Made by a program: the position numbers and the translations under genes | Assembly (NCBI GenBank): GCA_963779575.1 | Contig: CAVZYT010000005.1 | Coordinates: 12,636-76,635, forward strand | From: an uncultured Chloroflexia bacterium | GTDB lineage: Bacteria; Chloroflexota; Limnocylindria; Limnocylindrales; CSP1-4 | Direction of reading: 5' to 3' | DNA: 64,000 bases | The notes under the pieces: generated by a model | The model's input: only the letters and a program-made list of their open reading frames with translations | Told to the model about the DNA's origin: nothing | The model's database searches: none | Shown: one piece after another, positions 8,661 through 17,996 of the stretch | How positions within the stretch are numbered: position 1 is the stretch's first letter | How the letters are laid out: the number at the start of each line of letters is the position of its first letter

Positions 8661-9744
8661 TAGCTTCGATCACCAGTCCCGAGAGCCTCGCCGGGTCCAG
8701 GACGAGCACGTCGACCAGCCAGTCGACGAATCGACTCGCCTGCCAATGGATGTTCGCAATGTCCGCCAGCCCTGGCGAAGTCGTCGACGAGAACGTCACG
8801 TCGAAGTCCTGCCGCCCGAAGTCCTCGGCCGTGACGTCGGCCGTCACGGACGCCGCCTCTGTCTGCGCGGCATCCCGCGTCTGGAACACCGATGGGCTGT
8901 GCGCTGCGTCCACGAGGCTGGCGCGAAGCTCGTAGTCACCCGGAGTGACCGAGCCACCCGGGACGCAGAAGACGCCGTCCGGTCCCGTGACCATCGGTCG
9001 GCCCACGGGCACGCCGCCGTTGGACAGATCGACGGGGATGCATGCGAGCGGATTGTGGTGGCCGTCAGGCAACAGCTCGCCGTCGTAGACGATCCCCTTG
9101 AGATCGCAATCGGATGCGATCCGGATGTTGTCGAGGAGGATCTGCTCGTCGCCGCCCGGGAAGACACCCCCCACGCCGTTGTCGTCCTGCTCGAACACCA
9201 CGGTCACGGTCATGCCGGCCCAACGAGCGATATCGACTCGCTCCGTCCTGAACGTCAGCCGGTGTGCCGCCCCGCTCACGATCTCGTCGACGATGACGTT
9301 GTCGCTCGAGTCGTCCTGGATCCGGACGGTGAGGTGCGAGTCGGACACCGCCGTGTCGTGCGCGCTCACGTCGAAGTCCAGGGTTCGAGCATCGCTCGGC
9401 AGCGCGATGCTCTTCGAGATCCAGGCATTGGGCCGGCCGCGACGGCCGGTCCCGTCGAGCTGGACGATGCCGCCGTTGCGCGGCAGCTGGTACACGGTTC
9501 CCCAGTTGTCGTCCCGGCCCTTGCGACCCGCGACCCCACGGGTCCAGCCCTCGAGATCGGTGTCGAAGCCGAACTCAAGCGGCTGCGGCGACCGCGAAGC
9601 AGGGGGACTTGGCTGGGCGGCGCGCGCGATCGAGTCGGCGCCGGCGCCAAGCCCGAACCCGGACGCCATGAGCGCGAGCCAGACGAGCGCCGGGCCGGCG
9701 AGGCGTCGGCCCAGTCGACCGCGTACCCTCCCGCGGCGCGTCAC
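8635..9744 (-). CDS. Secreted protein (Arg-rich signal peptide); possibly the N-terminal part of the downstream metalloprotease
   Basis: N-terminus MTRRGRVRGRLGRRLAGPALVWLALMASGFGLGAGA. Its end overlaps the HEISHH ORF start by 26 nt in another frame, so one more frameshift could join them. Confidence 0.6.
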   Translation of the reverse strand: MTRRGRVRGRLGRRLAGPALVWLALMASGFGLGAGADSIARAAQPSPPASRSPQPLEFGFDTDLEGWTRGVAGRKGRDDNWGTVYQLPRNGGIVQLDGTGRRGRPNAWISKSIALPSDARTLDFDVSAHDTAVSDSHLTVRIQDDSSDNVIVDEIVSGAAHRLTFRTERVDIARWAGMTVTVVFEQDDNGVGGVFPGGDEQILLDNIRIASDCDLKGIVYDGELLPDGHHNPLACIPVDLSNGGVPVGRPMVTGPDGVFCVPGGSVTPGDYELRASLVDAAHSPSVFQTRDAAQTEAASVTADVTAEDFGRQDFDVTFSSTTSPGLADIANIHWQASRFVDWLVDVLVLDPARLSGLVIEANAAGGTRV

Positions 9745-9815
9745 CGGGTGAGGCTACCACTCGCGTCGAAGCCGACCGGCGGTCCTGACGCGACCGACGA
9801 CGCGACCCAAGAATG

Positions 9816-9831
9816 TGGCGCGCCCGACAGG
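9816..9831. repeat. Exact copy of the tRNA-Arg(CCG) 3-prime 16-mer TGGCGCGCCCGACAGG (att-like; most distal copy)
   Basis: Identical to 51493-51508 (the complement of the tRNA 3-prime end). Followed by tgtaggacgcgcg, which resembles the arm seen at 39107 and 42277. Confidence 0.7.
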
Positions 9832-9895
9832 TGTAGGACGCGCGCTGAACGCGCTCTGCGTGTTCAGCGGCATCGCGGATTAGCAGGACGCCGCC

Positions 9896-9994
9896 CGCCG
9901 CCCTGCGACGCCTGCAGGACGATCGCGACGAGGGCGAGCCCGAACGCGACCAGTCCGAAGAGGGGCCACAGGGTCGCCCTCGCGTGGGTCGCCA
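9896..9994. repeat. 99-bp direct repeat, copy 1. A fragment copy of the 5-prime coding part of the membrane-protein gene at 16037-16738
   Basis: Aligned by eye to 16603-16701: a 70-bp identical run, then 2 mismatches, then an identical tail. Confidence 0.85.
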
Positions 9995-10111
9995 GAACGT
10001 GCTCGTCTCAGGATGCCGGGCACAGCCCAGGGGCGTGCAATACACATGATGTCTGATGTATGCTGAATCTGCTGGGCATCGCTGTGTGGAGGAACCCACG
10101 TACCTCGGCCG

Positions 10112-10141
10112 CTCCTATCGGTGAGGCGTCACCGATAGGAG
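10112..10141. promoter_or_regulatory. Perfect 13-bp inverted repeat CTCCTATCGGTGA-ggcg-TCACCGATAGGAG upstream of the ABC substrate-binding gene
   Basis: Read directly from the sequence. It lies 70 nt upstream of the 10213 start in a relatively AT-rich leader. It could be an operator or an RNA hairpin. Confidence 0.35.
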
Positions 10142-10212
10142 TCACTTCGAACTGTCGCCGCGAAGGCTGTGTCGTCAAACGAAGTCGAACCAAAGTGAAC
10201 AGGAGCAACGAG

Positions 10213-11679
10213 ATGTCTTTGCATCAACGAAGTGCGCCCCGCAGGTTGATGGGAGTGTCCGCAGCCGCAGTCTGCATCGCACTTGTCATAGCGGGCTGCT
10301 CGAACAATGCGGCCACCAGCAATCCAACTGGAACCGCTGCTGCCTCTGGAGCGTCCACCAGCGGTCCGGCTAAATCCGCCGGCTCTTCGACTGAATCCGC
10401 CGGCGCATCGACTGGCGGCACGTACGGCTTCCCCACCGTTGCGCAGGACCCAACCTCCAAGATCACCGTCTGGGTCGACGCCGACCGCTCGGCCATCGCC
10501 GAGGCCTTCGAGAAGGACCACCCCGAGTGCCCGCTCAGCATCGAGACGTACGACGCCAGCAAAGGGGGTAGCGACACGTTCCACACGAAGGTCTCGCTGC
10601 TCGACCAGGCCGGCTCGGGCTGGCCCGACGTTGCGTGGTCGGGACAGGTGAACGACGCCAGCTGGGCGGCCCACGAGCAGAACGGCGTTCAGGCCTTTGC
10701 CGCGCCGCTCGACCAGGGCGTCGTTCCCCAGAGTTGGCTCGACGGCTACACGCCGGGCGCGCTCGACCCTGTCACGGTCGACGGCCATGTCTACGGCGCC
10801 CGCGACAACCTGGCGCCCGTGGTGCTCTGGTACAACAAGACCCTGTTCGACAAGTTCGGGTACACCGTCCCGACCACATGGGAGGAATACCAGGCCCTCG
10901 GCGACAAGGTGGCGGCTGAGCACCCCGGCTACATCCTCGGCTCGATCGGCGATCCCTTCACCGCCGTGCTGACCGACATGTGGGCCGCCCAGGCGCCGAT
11001 CTACACGGTCGACGGCACCACCTTCACCACCGACTTCTCGGACAACCACACGACCCGCATGATCGCCCTGCTGGACCACATGTTCGCGAACAAGACCCTG
11101 ACGATCGATGGACTGTTCACCCCCGAATGGGTCAAGAACTGGAAGGACAAGGTCCTGGCGATCCCTGGCCCAACGTGGTTCGCGGGAGGCATCATCCAGA
11201 ACAAGGACAACCTCGCCGGTCAGCCAGGCGAGTGGGGTGCCGGCCACGCCCTCCACTGGGCTGGCGAGCCAATCGGCACCGGCAACGTGGGTGGCGGCTT
11301 CTGGTACGGGTCGAGCCACTCGGCAAACCTCGCATGCGTGGGTACCTACCTGCAGTACGTGACGAGCGGACCCCAGTCGGTCAAGCTCATCACCGGCCTC
11401 CCTGCCTACGCCTCGACCGCAAGTGCGTGGTTGGACGCGCAGACCAGTAGTGGCTTCTGGGCCAACTCGGACACGTTCAAGGACGTCGTCAATGAGGCAG
11501 CCAACAACATCTGGAAGGGCTGGGGTGCCTCGCTCCCCTTCAGTTCCGAGCCTCCGTGGGCGGAGATCGTGAATCCGGCTCTTGCTTCCGGAAAGACCAT
11601 TGCCTCGCAGGTCAGCGCTTGGCAGCAGAGAATGGTGGACGACGCCCAGGTGAACGGCTTCACACCCGTGACCAAGTAG
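10213..11679 (+). CDS. ABC transporter substrate-binding lipoprotein (carbohydrate/sugar-acid type)
   Basis: The ATG at 10213 follows AGGAGC. Signal peptide with lipobox (VIAGCSNN) and a Ser/Thr/Ala linker, then a family-1 solute-binding fold. Two permease genes follow. Confidence 0.85.
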   Translation: MSLHQRSAPRRLMGVSAAAVCIALVIAGCSNNAATSNPTGTAAASGASTSGPAKSAGSSTESAGASTGGTYGFPTVAQDPTSKITVWVDADRSAIAEAFEKDHPECPLSIETYDASKGGSDTFHTKVSLLDQAGSGWPDVAWSGQVNDASWAAHEQNGVQAFAAPLDQGVVPQSWLDGYTPGALDPVTVDGHVYGARDNLAPVVLWYNKTLFDKFGYTVPTTWEEYQALGDKVAAEHPGYILGSIGDPFTAVLTDMWAAQAPIYTVDGTTFTTDFSDNHTTRMIALLDHMFANKTLTIDGLFTPEWVKNWKDKVLAIPGPTWFAGGIIQNKDNLAGQPGEWGAGHALHWAGEPIGTGNVGGGFWYGSSHSANLACVGTYLQYVTSGPQSVKLITGLPAYASTASAWLDAQTSSGFWANSDTFKDVVNEAANNIWKGWGASLPFSSEPPWAEIVNPALASGKTIASQVSAWQQRMVDDAQVNGFTPVTK

Positions 11680-11715
11680 GCGAAGGAACGCACCATTCCT
11701 CGTACTGACGCCATC

Positions 11716-12654
11716 GTGCCCACTGCCGCCCCCACAAAGGAGCGGCAGTGGGCCTCTTTGCGCCCCCGAAGGCGGCCGCGAACCGGAGCTAGCGCGCAGG
11801 CATTCGCCGCCTACGTGTTCTGCAGCGGCTACGTGCTGCTGCTACTGGTCTTCGGCGTTCTGCCCATGGTCTATGCCCTGTATCTCTCATTCACGAAGAG
11901 TGGGCAATTCGTCGGGCTCGACAACTACGTGAAGGCCGTCGGGGACTTCCGGTTCTTGCCGGCAGTGCAGCACGTCGCGGCCTACCTGGTGATCTGGGTC
12001 GTGACCTTGGCCGTGCTCGTCACCCTGCTGGCGCTCATCGTCCACGCCCTGCGCGTCAGGCGGCGGCTTTCCTCTACCGTGCTCTTCCTGTTCTTCATCC
12101 CCGGCGCATTCGCGGGTGCGGCCAGCGTCATGCTCTGGGTCTTCTTGCTCAATCCCTCGGTCAGCCCGGTGGCCTTCGTCCTGAAGTGGTTCGGGTACAC
12201 GAGCTTCGTTCAAGCCATCGACCTGAACAACCTGCCCCTGATCTTCACGGTCATTGCGTTCTGGACCGGCGCCGGTGCATGGATCGTCATCATGTACGCC
12301 GCGTTGAACAACATCTCCGACGAGATCATGGAGGCTGCCCGCTGTGACGGCGCCGGCGCCGTCAAGACCGCTTGGTACATCCAGCTCCCGCTGATTCGGA
12401 AGTGGATCGCGTACATGGTCGTCATCTCGGTCGCCGTCGGGACCCAGCTGTTCGCGGAACCAAAAATTCTCGCCCAGGCGAGCAGGGGCCAGATCCCGAA
12501 GCACTATTCCCTCAATGAACTCGCATACGTCACCGCCTTCGGCCCGCAAGCGGACTTCAACAGCTCTGCCGCGATCTCGATCCTGTTGCTCGTCGTGGCG
12601 GCGGGGCTTGCCGCGTTCTTCGTCTTCCGAGGAGGACTCTTTGACCGCGACTAG
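11716..12654 (+). CDS. Carbohydrate ABC transporter permease (MalF/UgpA-like)
   Basis: Six-TM permease with an EAA-type loop (..EAARCDGAGAVKTAWYIQLPLI..). Confidence 0.85.
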   Translation: MPTAAPTKERQWASLRPRRRPRTGASAQAFAAYVFCSGYVLLLLVFGVLPMVYALYLSFTKSGQFVGLDNYVKAVGDFRFLPAVQHVAAYLVIWVVTLAVLVTLLALIVHALRVRRRLSSTVLFLFFIPGAFAGAASVMLWVFLLNPSVSPVAFVLKWFGYTSFVQAIDLNNLPLIFTVIAFWTGAGAWIVIMYAALNNISDEIMEAARCDGAGAVKTAWYIQLPLIRKWIAYMVVISVAVGTQLFAEPKILAQASRGQIPKHYSLNELAYVTAFGPQADFNSSAAISILLLVVAAGLAAFFVFRGGLFDRD

Positions 12655-13558
12655 AACACCGGTCGTGCGGTCTGACTTCGCGCCGGGCCGCTGGCTCGGT
12701 CGCGTGACAGCTTTCCTGATCGCCGGATTCTTCGCGGTGTTCTTCGTCCTTCCCCTGGTTTGGCTCCTGCTCGCGCCGACGAAGGACACCGGCCAACTCA
12801 ACGGCTTTCACGGCGAGGCTCCCCTGAGTTTCGGCTCCTTCGACCAACTCGTCGCAAACTGGAACGAGCTGGTCGGGTTCCAGGATGGCCGTATCTGGAC
12901 GTGGCTCGGGAATTCGGTGTTCTACGCCGGGGTCGCGTTGGTGCTCACGCTCCTCGTGTCAATTCCGGCCGGCTACGCGCTGGCGAAGACCAAGTTCAGG
13001 TTTCGCCGCGCGATCCTCATCTCGACCCTCATGGTGATGCTCATCCCGAACGCGGCGCTCGTGCTGCCGATCTTCCTTGAAGTCAGCGCCGTGCACCTCG
13101 TGGGGTCGCCGTTGGCGGTGATCCTGCCATTCGCGTTCTTCCCGTTCGGCGTCTATCTGGCGTATATCTACTTCGCCACCAGCGTTTCGCGCGAGCTTCT
13201 CGACGCCGCCCGCGTCGATGGCGCGGGCGAGTTCGCGGTCTTCCGGCGGATCGCGGTGCCGCTCGCGATGCCTGTCGTCGCGCTCGTGGGCTTCTTCAAC
13301 TTCGTCACCAACTGGAACAACTATTTCCTTCCCTTCGTGATGCTTCCCGGGTCGAAGACACAGCCCATTCAAGTGGGTCTGGTGGAATTGCTCGCGAACG
13401 TCCGGGAGTTAAATCCGACCACCGTCGCCTCCAACTCGATCCCGTTTCCACAGCTGGCGCTCGCGACGCTCATCTCTGTCGCACCGGTGCTGATCGTGTT
13501 CCTGTTCTCACAGCGATTCCTCGTGGCGGGCCTTACCGCAGGCGCGACCAAGGAGTAG
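12641..13558 (+). CDS. Carbohydrate ABC transporter permease (MalG/UgpE-like)
   Basis: I chose the TTG at 12641 after GGAGGA; it overlaps the upstream stop. EAA loop ..DAARVDGAGEFAVFRRIAVPLAMP.. Confidence 0.85.
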   Translation: MTATRTPVVRSDFAPGRWLGRVTAFLIAGFFAVFFVLPLVWLLLAPTKDTGQLNGFHGEAPLSFGSFDQLVANWNELVGFQDGRIWTWLGNSVFYAGVALVLTLLVSIPAGYALAKTKFRFRRAILISTLMVMLIPNAALVLPIFLEVSAVHLVGSPLAVILPFAFFPFGVYLAYIYFATSVSRELLDAARVDGAGEFAVFRRIAVPLAMPVVALVGFFNFVTNWNNYFLPFVMLPGSKTQPIQVGLVELLANVRELNPTTVASNSIPFPQLALATLISVAPVLIVFLFSQRFLVAGLTAGATKE

Positions 13559-13676
13559 GTCCGCCATCGTTGAGGACGCGAAGATCCGGCATTGCGTACC
13601 GCAGGTTCCGGACACCAGAGGCGAATGCCAGGCAAGGTTTCGACGCGGTGTGGCGACCTCGACGGAGACGTGTCAG

Positions 13677-14453
13677 TCAGGCGACGCCCGGCGCGCGCCT
13701 TCGGGTCCACGCCTTCGCGATGTGTTCTCGCATCGCAGTCGCGGCGCGGTCGCCGTCGCCCGCCGCAATCGCCTCGCATATGGCGCGGTGCTCCTCGAGC
13801 GACATCTGCGCTGCGTCGTCGGTGGTGATGCCCGTGAATCGACTGCTCTCGCGAGCGCGCTCGAACATGATGCGTGTGATGTTGGCGGCGAGCCGAATTC
13901 CCGATTGTTCCATGACAAGGTCGTGAAACGCGGCATCCGCGTCGTTGTACACAGAGATGTTGTCGATGTTTGCCGCGGCAAGGTCGAAAGCCTCACGCAA
14001 CGCAGCGGTGCGCTCTGGGTTCTGTCGAGCTGCCGCGGCGCGCGCCATGGTCGCCTCCAGGCTCCCACGGACCACCGCCAACTCATCGAGCACCTCCAGG
14101 GTCTCGTCGTGGTCGACGAGAGCCGAAAGAACATCAGGATCGAGCACGTTCCACCGACTCGACTGGTTCACGACCGTGCCTCGGCCCTGACTGACGGTCA
14201 CGAGGCCCTTTTCTTCGACTCGCTTCACGGACTCGCGAATCACCGTCCGACTCACGGCAAACTGCTTGCTCAGGGTGCCCTCTGGGGGGAGGATGTCGCC
14301 GGGAGCCACCGCGCCGGTGACGATCGCTTTCACCAAGTCCCTCACCACGGCGACGCCGAGGTTGGCCGCACGCACCCGGACGACGGTGTCGCCGAAGATG
14401 GTCTGCCGCTGTGAAGCGGCCGCGCTTTCCGGATCCGCGTCGTTCTGCGCCAT
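13677..14453 (-). CDS. GntR family (FadR-subfamily) transcriptional regulator
   Basis: N-terminal wHTH (..LPPEGTLSKQFAVSRTVIRESVKRVEEKGLVTVSQGRGTVV) plus an all-helical FCD-type C-domain. Confidence 0.85.
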   Translation of the reverse strand: MAQNDADPESAAASQRQTIFGDTVVRVRAANLGVAVVRDLVKAIVTGAVAPGDILPPEGTLSKQFAVSRTVIRESVKRVEEKGLVTVSQGRGTVVNQSSRWNVLDPDVLSALVDHDETLEVLDELAVVRGSLEATMARAAAARQNPERTAALREAFDLAAANIDNISVYNDADAAFHDLVMEQSGIRLAANITRIMFERARESSRFTGITTDDAAQMSLEEHRAICEAIAAGDGDRAATAMREHIAKAWTRRRAPGVA

Positions 14454-14544
14454 GCCCTCATCCTACTGTCGGGGATCTACGTGTCTCGGCGACGCAACGG
14501 CGAACTGATCGGGAGGCAGGGCTCGGTCGGTACGCACTCTCGCC

Positions 14545-14574
14545 AGTACTTGTATGATGTCGTATCAATAGTAC
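14545..14574. promoter_or_regulatory. AT-rich nested imperfect palindrome AGTACTTGTATGATGTCGTATCAATAGTAC between the GntR and dehydratase genes; candidate GntR/FadR operator
   Basis: Outer GTACT/AGTAC arms and inner TGAT/ATCA arms. TACTTGTAT resembles known GntR-type half-sites. The octamer ATGATGTC also occurs at 10046-10053 upstream of the ABC genes. Confidence 0.3.
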
Positions 14575-14665
14575 GCCAACTGAAGATGAGCCGCATGGCG
14601 AACGGTCCAGGTCGGCCGAGGGGTTCGGCACTGCGACACCTCGATCTCCGCACGAATGAGCAAGG

Positions 14666-15829
14666 GTGACGATGAAGATCACAGGCTATCGCACGCTGCA
14701 GACGATCCATGACTGGGGTCGTCCTGTGGGCGACGTCAACGGGCACATCGCATCGGGTATCACCGAGGTGCCGGTCGTCATCGTGGACACGGATGAGGGC
14801 GTCAGCGGCGTCGGAACGGGCTCGCACCAAGACTTGGCGCAGATCTTCCCGGCGATCGAGGGCGAGGATCCCCGCGCGGTATCCGCGCTCTACGACCGCA
14901 TGCTCGCGCGCGTGTTCAAGGCGGGCCATGCTGGCGCGACATTCGGAGGCATCGGAACCTTCGACATGGCGCTTTGGGATATCAAGGCAAAACTTGCGGG
15001 CGAGCCGCTTTGGCGCCTGCTCGGGGGGCGCGATCGGTTTGTCTCCGGGTATGCGTCCGGGCTGGATATCGCGCTCGATGATGATGAACTCGCCCTCTTC
15101 TATTCCAAAATGGCGGGCCGTGGATTCACGAGCGGGAAGCTCAAGGGCGGCAGAAACGTCGCCAGCGACATTCGCCGGCTAGGCATCATTGGCGATGCGC
15201 TTCGAGTCAACATCCCGGAGCCGGGCCTCATGCTCGACGCGAATGAGTCCTGGAATCTCAAGCAGGCCGTCCGCTATGTGTCCCAGATCGAAGAGGTTCA
15301 CGACCTCGTCTGGATCGAGGAGCCCATCCGCCGCTGGGACGCAGAGGGTCATGCGAGGTTGAGCGCTTCAGTACGCGCTGCGGTGGCTACCGGAGAGAAC
15401 CTCACTGGCCTGGAACAATATCGACCGCATTTCAACGCGGGCGGCATAGACGTCGTTCAAGCTGCCGCAACCTGGGGTGTGACGCACTTTCTGCGCGTGT
15501 CTATCGCGGCACACAGCCGAGACCTGCCAGTTAGCCCGGTGGGCCTCACGGCGAACGCCGCGGTCGCTCACGCTGCCGCAGCAGTGCCAAATCACTTGTC
15601 CGCCGAGATTCAAGACGTCGGTTCGCCGTTCGGCGTTTCGATCGACCAGGAGTATGCCGACGGTGGGATCGTGCTCGGCGACCAGCCCGGGGTTGGGGTG
15701 TGCGTCGACGAAGCTCTCATCGCCACGCTCCAGCACGCCGAACCGGGGTGGCGAGCGGAGGCAGGCCCACATGTCAGGCCCGCCCGCGCGGGACTGCAGC
15801 TCTCGGGCGAACCAGAGTCGGCCGCTTAG
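14666..15829 (+). CDS. Enolase-superfamily enzyme (mandelate racemase/muconate lactonizing family; probable sugar-acid dehydratase)
   Basis: ..FDMALWDIKAKLAGEPLWRLLGG..MLDANESW..WIEEP..ATGENL.. are the conserved MR/MLE metal-ligand segments. The start could be GTG 14666 or ATG 14672. Confidence 0.85.
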   Translation: MTMKITGYRTLQTIHDWGRPVGDVNGHIASGITEVPVVIVDTDEGVSGVGTGSHQDLAQIFPAIEGEDPRAVSALYDRMLARVFKAGHAGATFGGIGTFDMALWDIKAKLAGEPLWRLLGGRDRFVSGYASGLDIALDDDELALFYSKMAGRGFTSGKLKGGRNVASDIRRLGIIGDALRVNIPEPGLMLDANESWNLKQAVRYVSQIEEVHDLVWIEEPIRRWDAEGHARLSASVRAAVATGENLTGLEQYRPHFNAGGIDVVQAAATWGVTHFLRVSIAAHSRDLPVSPVGLTANAAVAHAAAAVPNHLSAEIQDVGSPFGVSIDQEYADGGIVLGDQPGVGVCVDEALIATLQHAEPGWRAEAGPHVRPARAGLQLSGEPESAA

Positions 15830-16036
15830 CTGCGCCAGATCCGCGACCTTGCGCTGGAGCATGCCGCGCGGCGCACACTCGCCGCAGGCAACGCAGCGCC
15901 GGATGGACGTCCTCGCCGCCCACGTCGCCGATGGCGGATCTGTCCAGGCGCGGCCGAGCTATGGATCGGCCGGCCGGCGGCCGGGCCCGGGGCGCTCGTC
16001 GCTCGCCACGAGCCTGGTCGCCGGGCGGTCGCCGGT

Positions 16037-16738
16037 TCAACTCTCGCGTAGCGCAGAAGGTCGCCGTTGGACCACCGCCGCCTGCGCAGCTGCCCACAAC
16101 AGCACCAGGAGGGTCGGCAGCGAGGCCAAAGGCGACTGCGGGATCGCGACTGCCAACAGCGCGAGGACCCCGATGGCCGCTGCGGTCCACCCGCTCCAGC
16201 GGGGAAGGCCGCCGCCCTTGAGAATCAGGGCTGAAGTGGCCAGCATCGCGACGCCGAGAACGGCCCAGCTGGCGATGTAGAGAGCGACATGAACGTCGAC
16301 GACCGCCACCAGCGCCGAGATATCCGCGGTCGAGCCAGCACGGAAGCGGGCCAGACCGCCGATCACGAACCCCGCGAGCGTCAGGGCGACAAACGTCATC
16401 GCGAACGCTGACGCCGTCGAGCGGACCGAGGACAGCCGGTCGTGCTCACCCGCGGGAAGCGCCTGAACGAGCGAGACGAGGAATACGCCGAGGCTCAACA
16501 GGGCGAGAACCTGGAGGTAGGCCCCAGCCCAGACCGAGAAGGTGGGCGCCACCGTGTACGCGGCGACGATCTCAGCCTGCGATGCGCCCGGATTGACTCC
16601 GCCGCCGCCCTGCGACGCCTGCAGGACGATCGCGACGAGGGCGAGCCCGAACGCGACCAGTCCGAAGAGGGGCGACAGGTTCGCCCTCGCGTGGGTCGCC
16701 ACTGGACCCGTTGATCGAATTGCCTGCGTGGTCTCCAT
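16037..16738 (-). CDS. Multi-pass membrane protein, family not recognised
   Basis: 233 aa with about 6 hydrophobic helices. GAAGGAG precedes the ATG. Its codons ~13-45 are the source of the 99-bp repeat. Confidence 0.65.
   Translation of the reverse strand: METTQAIRSTGPVATHARANLSPLFGLVAFGLALVAIVLQASQGGGGVNPGASQAEIVAAYTVAPTFSVWAGAYLQVLALLSLGVFLVSLVQALPAGEHDRLSSVRSTASAFAMTFVALTLAGFVIGGLARFRAGSTADISALVAVVDVHVALYIASWAVLGVAMLATSALILKGGGLPRWSGWTAAAIGVLALLAVAIPQSPLASLPTLLVLLWAAAQAAVVQRRPSALRES
16603..16701. repeat. 99-bp direct repeat, copy 2 (within the intact membrane-protein gene)
   Basis: See 9896-9994. Confidence 0.85.
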
Positions 16739-16903
16739 CGCCAGTCTCCTTCTTTCGATGCCAAAGTCGGCAGCCGGAACGTACCGTCCGTCCGAACTCC
16801 GACGGTAGTGGGAGCTGTCATCGGTTCTGGATGACGAGTGAGAGTGGCAACGGCATGACAGATCCCACTAGGCGGCTCCCGGGGGTCGTCCTATGGTTCG
16901 CCC

Positions 16904-17996
16904 ATGTCCCGCGGATGGCGCGTCGTAGGCAAGGCCCTCCTGGCGAGCTCGTCGCTCGTCCTGATTCAGGCCTGGCTCGACGTCCAGCAGCACCCGGACG
17001 TCGCAAGCGGCACAAGCACGCAGGTCCTGCTCCTCCTGGTGGCGATGGCCTGTGTCTGGTCGACCTACTGGCTCGTGACTGCTGGGCAAGCCTCCGTGGC
17101 GTTGTCCATCGCTGCCGTCGGGTTGCTGGCCGCGCTGGCGAGCGCGACGCTGCTCCTCCTTCCGGCGCGGTACTTCGGCCTGCTGATCTTCGCGTCCGTT
17201 CTCGCCGGCGGGGCGTTGCCCAAGCGGTTGGCGGTCCGTGCCGTCGCCGCCCTCATCGTGCTCGCCGTTGGCCTCGACCTGGCGCGATCGCTCGGACCCG
17301 CGAGCATTTCGCGTCGACGCCCTCGAAGTCGGCGTGACGGGCGCGGGTGCCGTGGCGGTCGCGTTTCTTCTGGCCTCCTACGGCGAGCTCCGTGATGCTC
17401 GTGACCAGGTCGCACGGCTCGCTGTCGCCGAGGAGCGCAATCGCCTCGCCCGCGACCTCCACGACGACCTTGGTCAGCGTCTGTCGCTCATCATCCTCAA
17501 GAGCGAGTTGGTCCGGCTCGATCTGCCCGACGGCACCCCGGAGCGGCTTCGCGCGAATGCCGACGACCTCGTGACCGAGGCAAGGGCCGCGCTCGACGGG
17601 CTGCGGACGGTCGTCATGGGTTTCCATCGCCCAAGCATCGAGACGGAACTCGCCTCTGCCGCGTCGATCCTCGACAGCGCCGGAATCGCGTTCGAGTGCC
17701 AGAACTCGCTCGGGCCCGTGCCGGCGCCGGCGGCCGACGTCCTGGCCTGGGGCATCCGCGAGGGAACGACGAATGTCGTCCGCCACAGCAGAGCGGCGCG
17801 CTGCTCGATTCGCCTGCGACGCATCGGCGGGCACGCGGAGCTGGAGGTCAGTGACGACGGCATCGGCGTCCAGACCCTCTCGCGGGGAAACGGCCTCTTC
17901 GGGATCGAGGAGCGCGCCACGAAGGTCGGCGGAAGCGTGTCGGCGACCGGAACTGACTCCGGCTTCACGCTGCGCCTGACGGTGCCGATCCAGTGA
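16904..17996 (+). pseudogene. Sensor histidine kinase (DesK/NarX-like, HisKA_3 type) with one frameshift near 17300
   Basis: The TM-rich N-terminal ORF (16904..) and the kinase core ORF (..ERNRLARDLHDDLGQRLS...GIREGTTNVVRHS..DDGIG..GNGLFGIEERA) are in different frames. Length is not a multiple of 3. Confidence 0.75.

Noticed and set aside
7711-10056. Very long alternative-frame and antisense ORFs. Examples: 7711-10056 (781 aa), the N-terminal parts of 20998-23328 and 60228-61904, 5107-6438, 54514-55602, 59060-60298 and 57475-58983.
   Set aside because: Their translations are Arg/Pro/Gly/Ala-rich low-complexity strings typical of off-frame reading of GC-rich DNA. Each lies opposite or out of frame with a gene that has clear family motifs.
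15830-16036. Minus-strand ..RRCVACGECAPRG.. resembling a Cys-rich Fe-S or zinc motif in the gap after the dehydratase gene.
   Set aside because: It is an isolated tetrad in a short segment. The ORF it belongs to is mostly antisense to the enolase-family gene.
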